64,000 nt of DNA from contig CAWEQH010000010.1 in assembly GCA_963811165.1 (NCBI GenBank), positions 160,001-224,000 on the forward strand, given 5' to 3'. Source of the stretch: an uncultured Nitrospiraceae bacterium (lineage in GTDB: Bacteria; Nitrospirota; Thermodesulfovibrionia; Thermodesulfovibrionales; UBA6898). Positions 20,882 to 29,605 of this stretch are shown one piece after another. Both the position numbers and the translations under genes were made by a program. The notes beneath the pieces were generated by a model that saw only the letters and a program-made list of their open reading frames with translations, was not told where the DNA came from and did no database searches. Each line of letters starts with the position of its first letter. Within the stretch, counting starts at the first letter, position 1.

Positions 20882-20947
20882 CCCGCGATCTCCCCCATCT
20901 AAACCGGAGCGTTATATATCAAACATCTCAATAGGACCGATTCCCAA

Positions 20948-21097
20948 AGGAGGGGCATAATATTTTCGCTCATTCCCGGTCCCGGGAAACCGGTACCTCC
21001 GGGGCTTTTGCCTCTTGATACCAGGGATGCTCCAGGAATACCTGCCCGCCGGCAGGCAGGTCGGCAAAAGGATCCGCTCAAATACCATGCCCCTCCT
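20948..21097 (-). repeat. Copy A of the unassigned structured intergenic element, with a nested CCTGCCCGCCGGCAGGCAGG palindrome
   Basis: 18-bp closing stem 20948-20965/21080-21097, inner stem CTTTTGCC/GGCAAAAG, conserved junction motifs. The palindrome lies at 21041-21060. Confidence 0.75.
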
Positions 21098-21108
21098 CGC
21101 AGCTGCTT

Positions 21109-22284
21109 TTAAAGAACTTTCCTTATGCGCCCGACCGCTTCGCGTATCCTGTCGACGGTCACGGTGAGCGCAAAACGGACGTATCCTTCGCCGGGAGCGC
21201 CGAAACCGTTTCCGGGGGTCGCCAGCACGCCCGCCTTTTCAAGCATAAGGGCAACAAAGCCGGAAGAATCAAAGCCCCCGGGTACCTTTGCCCAGAGGTA
21301 GAAACTCGCTTTCGGTTTCTTCAGTTCGATCCCGATGCCCTTTAACCCTTCATACAGTACATCTCTTCTTTCCTGGTATGTAGTTCTGATGCCCGACAAG
21401 ATCGTGTCATCGCTCTGAAGGGCGACGGAACCCGCTTCCTGCACGGCCTGGAAAATACCGGAATCGAGGTTGGATTTTATCTTGCCGAGCCCCGCCAGCA
21501 CGTCCTTGTTGCCGACCGCAAACCCGATCCGCCAGCCCGTCATGTTGTATGTCTTGGAAAGGGAATGAAATTCGATACCCACAGACTTTGCCCCTTCGAC
21601 TTCCATAAAACTCAGGGGCTTCTCTCCATCAAAATAGATCTCGCTGTATGCCGCATCGTGACAGACAATGAAATTATATTTCTCCGCCAAACGGATTACT
21701 TCTTCGAAGAAGCCCTTCGGGGCGACCGCCGAGGTAGGGTTGTTCGGATAATTGATAAACATCAGCTTTGCCTTCCTTAACGCGCTCTCCGGTATTGCGT
21801 TAAGGTCGGGGAGAAACCCATTGGCCTCGGTCAGCGGCATGATGAAGCTTTCGCCGCCTGCAAAGAGGGTACTTACCGGATATACGGGATAACCGGGGGA
21901 CGGTACGAGCACCGTATCTCCAGGTTCTACAAAGGCGAGGGGGATATGACCGATCCCTTCCTTCGAGCCTATCAGAGAGAGTACCTCGTCAGAGGGGTCG
22001 AGTGAGACATGAAAGCGGTTTCCGTACCAGTCTGAAACACTCCGTCTGAAGGAGAGCATGCCCTCGTAGGAAGGATACCGGTGATGCTCGGGTTTTTCTA
22101 CGGCCTTCTTCATGGCTTCTACGATATGGGAGGGAGTAGGAATGTCGGGGTCACCGATGCTCATATCTATGAGATCGACCCCTTTTGCCCTGGCCTCCTG
22201 TTTCATCTTGTCGATGGTTGCAAAAAGGTATGGCGGCAGGCTTCTTACACGAGACGCCATCTCGACAAAGACTTTCGGTTTCAC
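21109..22284 (-). CDS. dapL: LL-diaminopimelate aminotransferase (class I/II PLP aminotransferase)
   Basis: LPPYLF, GSKEGIGH, NYPNNPT, SLSKTYNMTGWRIG. Confidence 0.8.
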   Translation of the reverse strand: MKPKVFVEMASRVRSLPPYLFATIDKMKQEARAKGVDLIDMSIGDPDIPTPSHIVEAMKKAVEKPEHHRYPSYEGMLSFRRSVSDWYGNRFHVSLDPSDEVLSLIGSKEGIGHIPLAFVEPGDTVLVPSPGYPVYPVSTLFAGGESFIMPLTEANGFLPDLNAIPESALRKAKLMFINYPNNPTSAVAPKGFFEEVIRLAEKYNFIVCHDAAYSEIYFDGEKPLSFMEVEGAKSVGIEFHSLSKTYNMTGWRIGFAVGNKDVLAGLGKIKSNLDSGIFQAVQEAGSVALQSDDTILSGIRTTYQERRDVLYEGLKGIGIELKKPKASFYLWAKVPGGFDSSGFVALMLEKAGVLATPGNGFGAPGEGYVRFALTVTVDRIREAVGRIRKVL

Positions 22285-22491
22285 TAGTTACCTCCTGATT
22301 TTTTTTTACTATTATATAATATTAGGGATGTCATGTGTGCCCGGCTGCTTGTAAATGGGGACCGTAATGCGGTTTGTTAAAAAAAAATCGACAAAAAGAC
22401 CGATTTGCATATTTAACGAACGATGAATTGATGGGGGGGTCCGGCGTATCTCCTTTTTGATAATGGCCGGGTTTTTCTGTTAATATTCCCA

Positions 22492-23394
22492 GTGCTTCTG
22501 CAACAGGTGATCAATGGTCTTACCCTCGGGAGCGTCTACGCGCTGATTGCGCTCGGGTACACCATGGTTTACGGCATACTCGAACTGATCAATTTTGCCC
22601 ATGGTGAAATATATATGCTCGGGGCCTATCTGGGGATTATCCTCCTGGGGTTCTTTACCGCCATCGGACTTACCGCGTACAGCCTTCCCCTGGCGATCGT
22701 TCTGGTGCTTGTACTCACCGTGATGTTCTGCTCATCTTACGGATTCACTATCGAAAAGATCGCATATAAACCTCTCAGGAAGGCGCCGAGGCTCAGCCCG
22801 CTGATCAGCGCGATAGGGGTCTCAATCTTCCTGCAAAATTACGTGATGCTGACTCAGGGGGCGACCGACAAGGTATTCCCCTCCCTCTTCGGGCAAGGAG
22901 GGTTTACGTTTCTTTCAACGAGCGTCACCTATCTGCAGGCGGCCATAATTGCCGTCTCTGCGCTGATGATGTTGCTTCTCCATGCCTTCGTAATGAAGAC
23001 CAAGACGGGCAAGTCCATGCGCGCGGTCGCCCAGGACAAGACGATGGCCTCGCTCTTGGGCATAAACGTAGATGCGGTGATATCGGTCACCTTTGTCATC
23101 GGTTCGGGACTTGCTGCGATCGCCGGCGTGATGGTTGCGGCCTATTACGGGCTCGTAAACTACTATATCGGATATATCGCCGGGATCAAGGCCTTTACCG
23201 CTGCGGTGCTGGGCGGCATAGGCAGCATCCCGGGGGCGATGTTCGGCGGCATCCTCTTGGGACTTGTCGAAAGTCTCGGCGCCAGTTACGTATCGAGTGA
23301 ATACAAGGACGCCTATGCGTTCCTTATCCTGATCGTCATTTTGCTTGTCAAACCCGAGGGCCTCCTCGGAAAAACGCCGGAGGAAAAAATATAG
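22492..23394 (+). CDS. livH: Branched-chain amino acid ABC permease
   Basis: GSVYALIALGYTMVYG..INFAHG, KAFTAAVLGGIG. Confidence 0.95.
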   Translation: MLLQQVINGLTLGSVYALIALGYTMVYGILELINFAHGEIYMLGAYLGIILLGFFTAIGLTAYSLPLAIVLVLVLTVMFCSSYGFTIEKIAYKPLRKAPRLSPLISAIGVSIFLQNYVMLTQGATDKVFPSLFGQGGFTFLSTSVTYLQAAIIAVSALMMLLLHAFVMKTKTGKSMRAVAQDKTMASLLGINVDAVISVTFVIGSGLAAIAGVMVAAYYGLVNYYIGYIAGIKAFTAAVLGGIGSIPGAMFGGILLGLVESLGASYVSSEYKDAYAFLILIVILLVKPEGLLGKTPEEKI

Positions 23395-23419
23395 TCGCAT
23401 GGGCGTTGAGGAAAAAACA

Positions 23420-24526
23420 ATGAAGCGTTTCCTGATGCCTGCAGCTACGGCCCTCTGGCTTTCGTTTCTCTTTCTGCCTTTTAAAGGATTGAAGGCCGCA
23501 TCCCTGCTTTTCCTCGTTTTGGTTGTGGCTGTTCCTCTGGCAAAAGTCGTATCGGTCATGATACGTAAGGCATGGCCTTATCTTGAAAGGGTGAGCAGGC
23601 TTATCCCGCGCGACAAAAGATTTATATATGTTCTCTTGGTCCCAGTACTGCTCCTCCCCTTTGTGGCCGAGGACTATGTCGTGGATGTGGCGGTCATATC
23701 CGGCATCTATATCATCCTTGCCCTCGGTCTTAATGTCGTTGTCGGCTATACCGGCCTTCTTAATCTGGGGTTTGTTGCGTACTACGCTATCGGAGCATAC
23801 AGCTATGCGCTTCTCAATACGAAACTCGGGATGGGTTTTTGGACCGCACTGCCGGTATCGGTAGTTGTTACGACCCTTGCCGGTTTTTTGTTCGCGGTCC
23901 CGGCGTTAAGACTGAAAGGCGATTATCTTGCCATAGTAACCCTCGGCTTCGGAGAGATAGTCCGCCTTGTGTTCAACAACTGGGACAGTTTCACAAAAGG
24001 GCCCAACGGCATATCGGGCATCGCCCCGCCGTCTCTTGGGGACATGGTTATCGGGAAGATTTCGCACTACTATTTCCTCGTCTTTTTTTTCGTAATCCTG
24101 ACCGTTTTCGTCATGAGGCGGGTGCAGGATTCGAAGATCGGCAGGGCCTGGATCGCGATACGCGAGGACGGGATCGCGTCGTCCGCGATGGGGATCAATA
24201 CGATGATGTACAAGCTCTATTCAGTCGCTTTCGGGGCCTTCTGGGCCGGGCTGGCTGGCTGCTTATTTGCGGCCAAGATGAGGTTTGTCTCACCCGAGAG
24301 TTTTACCTTCATGGAATCGGTCCTCATCTTATGCATGGTCATCATAGGGGGAATAGGGAGCATCGCCGGGGTAATAGTCGGCGCAATAGTGCTTGTTTTT
24401 TTGCCTGAGGTTCTCAGAGATGCGCAGATGTACCGGATGCTCGCGGTGGGCTGCGGACTGGTCTTTCTGATGGTATTTAGGCCGCAGGGACTTTTCGGGA
24501 GGAAAAGTGTTTCTCTTGGAGGTTAA
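23420..24526 (+). CDS. livM: Branched-chain amino acid ABC permease
   Basis: GLNVVVGYTGLLNLG, LRLKGDYLAIVTLGFGEI. Confidence 0.93.
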   Translation: MKRFLMPAATALWLSFLFLPFKGLKAASLLFLVLVVAVPLAKVVSVMIRKAWPYLERVSRLIPRDKRFIYVLLVPVLLLPFVAEDYVVDVAVISGIYIILALGLNVVVGYTGLLNLGFVAYYAIGAYSYALLNTKLGMGFWTALPVSVVVTTLAGFLFAVPALRLKGDYLAIVTLGFGEIVRLVFNNWDSFTKGPNGISGIAPPSLGDMVIGKISHYYFLVFFFVILTVFVMRRVQDSKIGRAWIAIREDGIASSAMGINTMMYKLYSVAFGAFWAGLAGCLFAAKMRFVSPESFTFMESVLILCMVIIGGIGSIAGVIVGAIVLVFLPEVLRDAQMYRMLAVGCGLVFLMVFRPQGLFGRKSVSLGG

Positions 24527-25268
24527 GTCTCTTTCGAAACACTTCGGGGGCATCAGGGCGATCGAAGATATAAGTTTTTCTGTGCGGGGCGGCGCCATCA
24601 TGAGCATCATAGGGCCCAACGGCGCCGGGAAGACGACCCTATTTAACTGTCTCACGGGTTTTATTAAACCCACGAAGGGCAGCGTCACTCTTCATGAAAG
24701 AAACATCACGGGCATTTCCGCAGACAGGATCACCCGTCTTGGGATATCGAGGACCTTCCAAAACATACGGCTGTTCAGGGAGATGTCTGTGGTCGAAAAT
24801 ATAATGGTCGCCCAGCACTCAAGGATACGCTCGGGCCTCCTGGGGGCCGTCCTTAGACTTCCGGCGTTTGGCAAAGAGGAGAGGGAAGTGCGGCAGAAGT
24901 CCTGCGAATATCTCGAACTCCTCGGATTAGAAACGCTGGCCGGAAATACTGCCGGCAGTCTGGCTTACGGCATCCAGAGGAAGATCGAGATCGCCAGGGC
25001 ACTGGCCACCGAAGCCGGCGTACTATTGCTCGACGAACCGACTGCCGGAATGAACCCTCAGGAGACGGACGAGATGATGATCATCATCAAGAAGCTGAAA
25101 CAACTCGGAAAGACCATACTCCTCATCGAACACGATATGAAAGTCGTTATGGGGATCTCGGAACGCATTATCGTCCTGGACCACGGGGTGAAGATCGCCG
25201 AAGGCATGCCTAAGGAGATAAGGACCGACCCGCTGGTGATCGAGGCCTATCTCGGAAAGGAGATGTAG
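24507..25268 (+). CDS. livG: Branched-chain amino acid ABC ATPase
   Basis: GPNGAGKTT, RTFQNIRLF, LLDEPTAGMN, VIEAYLG. Confidence 0.95.
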   Translation: MFLLEVKSLSKHFGGIRAIEDISFSVRGGAIMSIIGPNGAGKTTLFNCLTGFIKPTKGSVTLHERNITGISADRITRLGISRTFQNIRLFREMSVVENIMVAQHSRIRSGLLGAVLRLPAFGKEEREVRQKSCEYLELLGLETLAGNTAGSLAYGIQRKIEIARALATEAGVLLLDEPTAGMNPQETDEMMIIIKKLKQLGKTILLIEHDMKVVMGISERIIVLDHGVKIAEGMPKEIRTDPLVIEAYLGKEM

Positions 25269-25274
25269 CAGAGG

Positions 25275-25973
25275 ATGCTGAGGCTCGAAAAGGTACATAC
25301 GCATTACGGACCGATAGAGGCGCTCAAGGGCGTCGACATAGAGATAAAAAAAGGGGAAATCGTCTCGCTAATCGGCAGCAACGGGGCCGGCAAATCTACC
25401 TGCCTCATGACGATATCCGGTGTCCTTACGCCTTCCTCGGGGAGCATTAGGGTAAACGGGACGGCCATATCGGGAATGCCTGCGCACAGGACAGTAGAGA
25501 TAGGGATAAGCCAGGTGCCGGAAGGAAGAAGGATCTTTCCTAAACTGACGGTCATGGAGAACCTCGAGATGGGCGCCTTCCTCGGCCGGGGCGATTTTTC
25601 GGCGCTGCTCGAAGACGTATTCAGGCTCTTCCCGATCCTGAAAGAGAGATCGAAGCAGTACGGCGGGACCCTTAGCGGAGGGGAGCAGCAGATGCTTGCG
25701 ATAGGGAGGGCGCTTATGTCGAAGCCCGAGATACTCCTGCTCGATGAACCCTCACTCGGTCTTGCGCCTATCATGGTGACGAAGATCTTCAGGACGATCC
25801 AGGAGATCAACAAAGAGGGGGTAACGGTCCTCCTTGTAGAACAAAACGCACGGGCAGCCCTCAAGCTCTCAGACAGGGGATACGTCCTTGAAAACGGCGC
25901 GGTCACGCTCTCGGGCGACAGCGAATCCCTCCTAAATAATGAAAAAGTGAGACACGCCTATCTGGGGGAATAA
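25275..25973 (+). CDS. livF: Branched-chain amino acid ABC ATPase
   Basis: GSNGAGKST, VPEGRRIF, LSGGEQQMLAIGRALM, LDEPSLGLAP. Confidence 0.95.
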   Translation: MLRLEKVHTHYGPIEALKGVDIEIKKGEIVSLIGSNGAGKSTCLMTISGVLTPSSGSIRVNGTAISGMPAHRTVEIGISQVPEGRRIFPKLTVMENLEMGAFLGRGDFSALLEDVFRLFPILKERSKQYGGTLSGGEQQMLAIGRALMSKPEILLLDEPSLGLAPIMVTKIFRTIQEINKEGVTVLLVEQNARAALKLSDRGYVLENGAVTLSGDSESLLNNEKVRHAYLGE

Positions 25974-26093
25974 GACGCTGAAAAAACGATTTGACGGGTG
26001 TATTACGGTCCATACGGATGCAAGTTGCATATCTTGTCATTTTGTTTTCTTGTTGGCTATACTGGCTATTATTTCTCTCAGGAGGGAACCTAT

Positions 26094-26525
26094 ATGAGGG
26101 TGAGAACTTATTGTTATGTTTTTGTTGTAGCGGTAACTCTTACTATTTTTTCACAGGCGACGGCCTTTGCGGACGCCGGCTTTGAAAAAAAGGCGGTGGC
26201 TGCCGCGGATTCGTGGCTGAGACTTATCGATAACGGAAAATATACGGAGAGCTGGGAAGCCGCTTCAGAGCTCTTCAGGGCGGCGGGCGAAAAAGGGCAG
26301 TGGGGCCGGCAAGTCGGAGCGGTTCGCGGGCCGTTAGGCAAGGTGTTACAAAGAAAACTTAAATCGAAGCAATTTATGACGAGCCTGCCGGGTGCACCTG
26401 ACGGCAAGTATGTAGTTATCCGGTATGATACGTGGTTTGAAAACAAGAAGGCCGCAGTCGAGACGGTCACGCCGATGCTTGATAAAGACGGCAAATGGCG
26501 GGTCTCGGGATATTACATCAGGTAA
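26094..26525 (+). CDS. DUF4019-like secreted protein
   Basis: Signal peptide, W..L.D.G.Y..SW, R..LG....R, LPGAPDG.Y, ETVT....DG.WRVSGY. Confidence 0.8.
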   Translation: MRVRTYCYVFVVAVTLTIFSQATAFADAGFEKKAVAAADSWLRLIDNGKYTESWEAASELFRAAGEKGQWGRQVGAVRGPLGKVLQRKLKSKQFMTSLPGAPDGKYVVIRYDTWFENKKAAVETVTPMLDKDGKWRVSGYYIR

Positions 26526-26670
26526 CCTTATTCAGTAATTATCCAATAACAGATTTTGATGAGCGTCTGCTTATGGGTGCGGTGTTTTTGCCGTGTTTGT
26601 CATTCCGGCTGATATGTATTAAACCTGTCAAGTGGATAAGCCGGTCTTTTCATTTTTTCTTTTTTTTGTT

Positions 26671-26875
26671 CATGCCGTGCATCATGGTCAGGGCACAAGA
26701 ACTTAGACGACGGTAGATCATTCTGATATACGCGGGTTGGCTACCGCATGACTTGTCTTCGTCGTGGAGCTGCCTCTGTCTTGTGTCGAGGGTCATCCTT
26801 ATTTCAGGAGCCTCAAGCCGGAATCGAGGATTCTCCATACCTGTTCTTTGAACCCTGGCCGGGATACGCGGCATG
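26671..26875 (-). ncRNA. Putative IS110 bridge RNA/seekRNA
   Basis: Outer helix CATGCCG/CGGCATG and two arms with internal loops. Loop strands ATTCCGGCTTG (26814-26824) and ACAAG (26780-26784) match the two strands of the target; ATATCAG (26723-26729) matches the donor junction. Confidence 0.8.
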
Positions 26876-26976
26876 TGGTAAAAAACCTGTTGTCTGCAGG
26901 GGCGAAGAAACCCCGCATAACTTTCGAAGCCCCGTAAGACAATTTCCTTTGTTCTTTTTTCCGTCATCAGTCCCTT

Positions 26977-28107
26977 TTATCCGTTCAGCACAACACTGAT
27001 ATTGCCTTTTCCCATAACTTCGCAGGCAATGGCCCAGATAAAGCCAACCAATTCCCGGGCCACCGCCGTACAACTCTTAACCGGGAGTTTACCTTTATTA
27101 ATCAAATACCAGTATCGACTGCAAAGTCTCTTCTGAGCTTTCCAGGCGATCTCCTGGACAGCCTTGCTGGTCTTCTCAGCCTTTCGTCTCAAATGGGCGG
27201 TCTTGCGAGCCGGTAGGCGATAGCACCAAGATGCCTCTATCAGCACTCGCCTTACGTGACCGTTTCCGGTCTTTGTAATTCCACCCCGCTTTTGCCGCTC
27301 TCCGCTTGAATGTTCCGACGGCACTAGCCCCAGGTGTGACATCAGCTGACCGGCTGTTGCGAAGCGGCTGAGGTCCCCGAGTTCGGCAACTATCGTCATC
27401 GCAGCCACAAGGTCAATACCTCGCAACGCCACTAGTCCCTCGACTATCGGCTTCAGCGTCCAACCTCTCAGAGCCTTCCTTATTTCCTCCTCCATGGAAG
27501 CTACCCGCTCCTGTGTATGCTTAACCATATCTATATATTCCTGAAACACTATCTGTTGGGCTGCCGTCTCAAATCGTAAACTCTCAAGCCACCTAAAATA
27601 TATTTTCGTCCATTTGCTCCGGCCGGGATAAATCTTCCCGTGTCTCAATAAAAATCCTCCAAGACGCTGCCGGCTCGTCCGCTCCATCCCCTTCATGTCT
27701 TCCCGCGCTCGCGTCAGGTCCCTCATCGCTTCCTGCTCTTTATCAGGCACCCAGATCGGGGTGAGTTCTCCAGCCCTCAGTAGACGCGCAAGACTTACTG
27801 CGTCTCTCCGGTCCGTCTTCACCCTGTCTCCCGCTTTCTTCGGTATCAGAGACGGCGCAATCACAACGCAATCATACCCGGCTTTCGACAGTCGTCGATA
27901 AATCTCATATCCGCACGGCCCGGCCTCGTAACAGAACAATACTTGCTCTCCTCCCTTGCTCAGCTTCTTCGCAAGTTTCAGGTAGGCATGGGGTGCGTTA
28001 TCTATTGCCCCGTAAAAGCCCGCCTCTCCTCTGTCAGCATCCGCAGTGCCTACAGAAATATCCGCCTTGTGTACATCCAGTCCTATAAATTTGCTATACT
28101 TCTTCAT
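26977..28107 (-). CDS. IS110-family recombinase (DEDD RuvC-like plus Tnp20 domain)
   Basis: GLDVHK (D), CYEAGPCG (E), KTDRRDA (D,D) and C-terminal GLVPSEHSSG catalytic-serine motif. Confidence 0.96.
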   Translation of the reverse strand: MKKYSKFIGLDVHKADISVGTADADRGEAGFYGAIDNAPHAYLKLAKKLSKGGEQVLFCYEAGPCGYEIYRRLSKAGYDCVVIAPSLIPKKAGDRVKTDRRDAVSLARLLRAGELTPIWVPDKEQEAMRDLTRAREDMKGMERTSRQRLGGFLLRHGKIYPGRSKWTKIYFRWLESLRFETAAQQIVFQEYIDMVKHTQERVASMEEEIRKALRGWTLKPIVEGLVALRGIDLVAAMTIVAELGDLSRFATAGQLMSHLGLVPSEHSSGERQKRGGITKTGNGHVRRVLIEASWCYRLPARKTAHLRRKAEKTSKAVQEIAWKAQKRLCSRYWYLINKGKLPVKSCTAVARELVGFIWAIACEVMGKGNISVVLNG

Positions 28108-28202
28108 AACCTGTCCTCCTTAATGTGGCTCTGAGCCTCTGGTTTCTCGACCTTTAGCTTAACCCACGTCCTTTAAGGTAGGACAGGTTTAATACATTAT
28201 GT

Positions 28203-28341
28203 CTTGTCCGATAACCCCTCCCTGCCTCCCCTTATCAGGGGAGGATCCGCTCCTTCCCCCTTGATAAGGGGGGATAGAGGGGGGTTGGTTTCCCGACCTC
28301 CCTACCGGACAGGTCGGCGCACTTCGCTTGCGGGAATGACG
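28203..28341. repeat. Right part of the composite REP cluster interrupted by the IS110
   Basis: CCCCTTATCAGGGG and CCCCCTTGATAAGGGGG palindromes, ending in GCTTGCGGGAATGAC, which is inverted relative to GTCATTCCGG at 26599. Confidence 0.7.
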
Positions 28342-28374
28342 GCTTCTACACCTTCAGGTAATATTGAACAGACT

Positions 28375-29391
28375 CTATTTCGACACGTCATTGAGCGCCT
28401 TAAGTATGTTTTGTTCCGTGATGTCCTTCGAGCCGACCAACTGGATCCTCTTTTTCGTCTTTGTGTTATTCACCACGACTATCGGGGTGGATTTGACCCC
28501 GAACGCCTTGGCCGTCTCATCGAAGTACTGTGATCCCTTTGTCATTGCCAGGAAGGGCAGCGGTCTGTAGGTTACGCCAAGAGGAGCTATTGTTTTCTGC
28601 ACCTCTTCGGGTCCGGGCTCCTTTGACGTGAGGGAGAGAGCTACAAGCGCCTTCCTCAACGCCAGATATTTGCCCTTTTCATTGAGGAGAAAGGAAAGGT
28701 TATAAGGCATGTAGTTAAAAGATTCGGCGTGGATGGGCACGTCGATAAAGATGATTTTTGCCTTCTTAATTGTTGCGGAGACGGCCTTTTCGATCTCCGG
28801 CTCCGCCTTGCGGCAGTGAGGACAGAACCAATCCGTGAAGATATATAACTCCTGGGCGCTGCTTTCATTTCCCAGGAAAAAATTCATGGCCTTATCCTGG
28901 GCCTCGCTCTTGTGCGCGCCCTTAAAGGCTATCAAAAAGCCTGCGATTACCACTAAAACGATCAGCGATACCTTCTTAAAAAAAATCATAGTTATGTCAC
29001 TCCTGTCTTTTGAGATCGATAAAGCATCTTTTGCTTCGGCATAATATGCCAGGAGCGCCAGCAGATAGACCGCTGCCGCAACCCCGACGCATAACGGACA
29101 CCATTCTTTTATCACATATTTCTGGATCCAGAGGAATGCGATCTCCGCGCCGACTGCGGCCGAGATCATTATAACAAAAAAGGTTGAGAATACCCTGCGG
29201 GTGCGTCCGATTTCGAACGAGGCCCACGCGGCCGGGAAAAAAACAATTCCAAAAAAAGTAAAGGGAAGCCCCAGCAGGACGTACCTGTGTGTTTCTGCGC
29301 ATGCCGAGGTCCCGCACATATCCAGCAGCGAGGCCAGAGAGAGAACGAGCCCCGCAAGAAGGGCGGCTCTTGTGAGATAACGCATTTTCAA
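28375..29391 (-). CDS. VKOR-like membrane domain fused to a DsbA/thioredoxin-like domain
   Basis: Loop cysteines (CGTSAC), WCPLC in the TM region, FTDWFCPHC and cis-Pro-like STP in the soluble domain. Confidence 0.75.
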   Translation of the reverse strand: MKMRYLTRAALLAGLVLSLASLLDMCGTSACAETHRYVLLGLPFTFFGIVFFPAAWASFEIGRTRRVFSTFFVIMISAAVGAEIAFLWIQKYVIKEWCPLCVGVAAAVYLLALLAYYAEAKDALSISKDRSDITMIFFKKVSLIVLVVIAGFLIAFKGAHKSEAQDKAMNFFLGNESSAQELYIFTDWFCPHCRKAEPEIEKAVSATIKKAKIIFIDVPIHAESFNYMPYNLSFLLNEKGKYLALRKALVALSLTSKEPGPEEVQKTIAPLGVTYRPLPFLAMTKGSQYFDETAKAFGVKSTPIVVVNNTKTKKRIQLVGSKDITEQNILKALNDVSK

Positions 29392-29605
29392 TTCTGTTTT
29401 CTTCTCCCTCTTTTTCCACTGTCCGCTCAGTAAATGCCGTATTTATAATTTTAACATATATATCTTCCTCAGACCATTGAGACGCTAATCATGAGGAACA
29501 ATTCAGCCCTGGGCAGTTCTTTGCTAAGACGATAACCCGGCTTCCCTGGTAATGGTATTGTCGTCAGAGAGATTATTGTCAGGTATTTTATAGTACAATA
29601 CCCCT

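Larger units (their letters stand above)
26609..28204 (-). mobile_element. Complete IS110-family (IS1111-group) insertion sequence
   Basis: Perfect 16-bp sub-terminal inverted repeats ATGTATTAAACCTGTC at 26614-26629 and 28182-28197. CT core dinucleotide at both flanks (26609-26610, 28203-28204). Intact transposase and a long 3' non-coding region. Confidence 0.92.

Noticed and set aside
20990..21012. ykkC/guanidine riboswitch-like AAAAGCCCCGGAG on the minus strand
   Set aside because: The other ykkC consensus blocks are missing and sister copies do not keep this sequence.
22492..25973. livHMGF lacking a binding-protein gene as a novelty
   Set aside because: livJ/K genes are often encoded elsewhere, so this is uninformative without the whole genome.
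26650..27073. ORFs 26650-26967, 26748-26999 and 26813-27073 in the IS 3' region
   Set aside because: No recognisable protein features; they overlap the structured RNA region.
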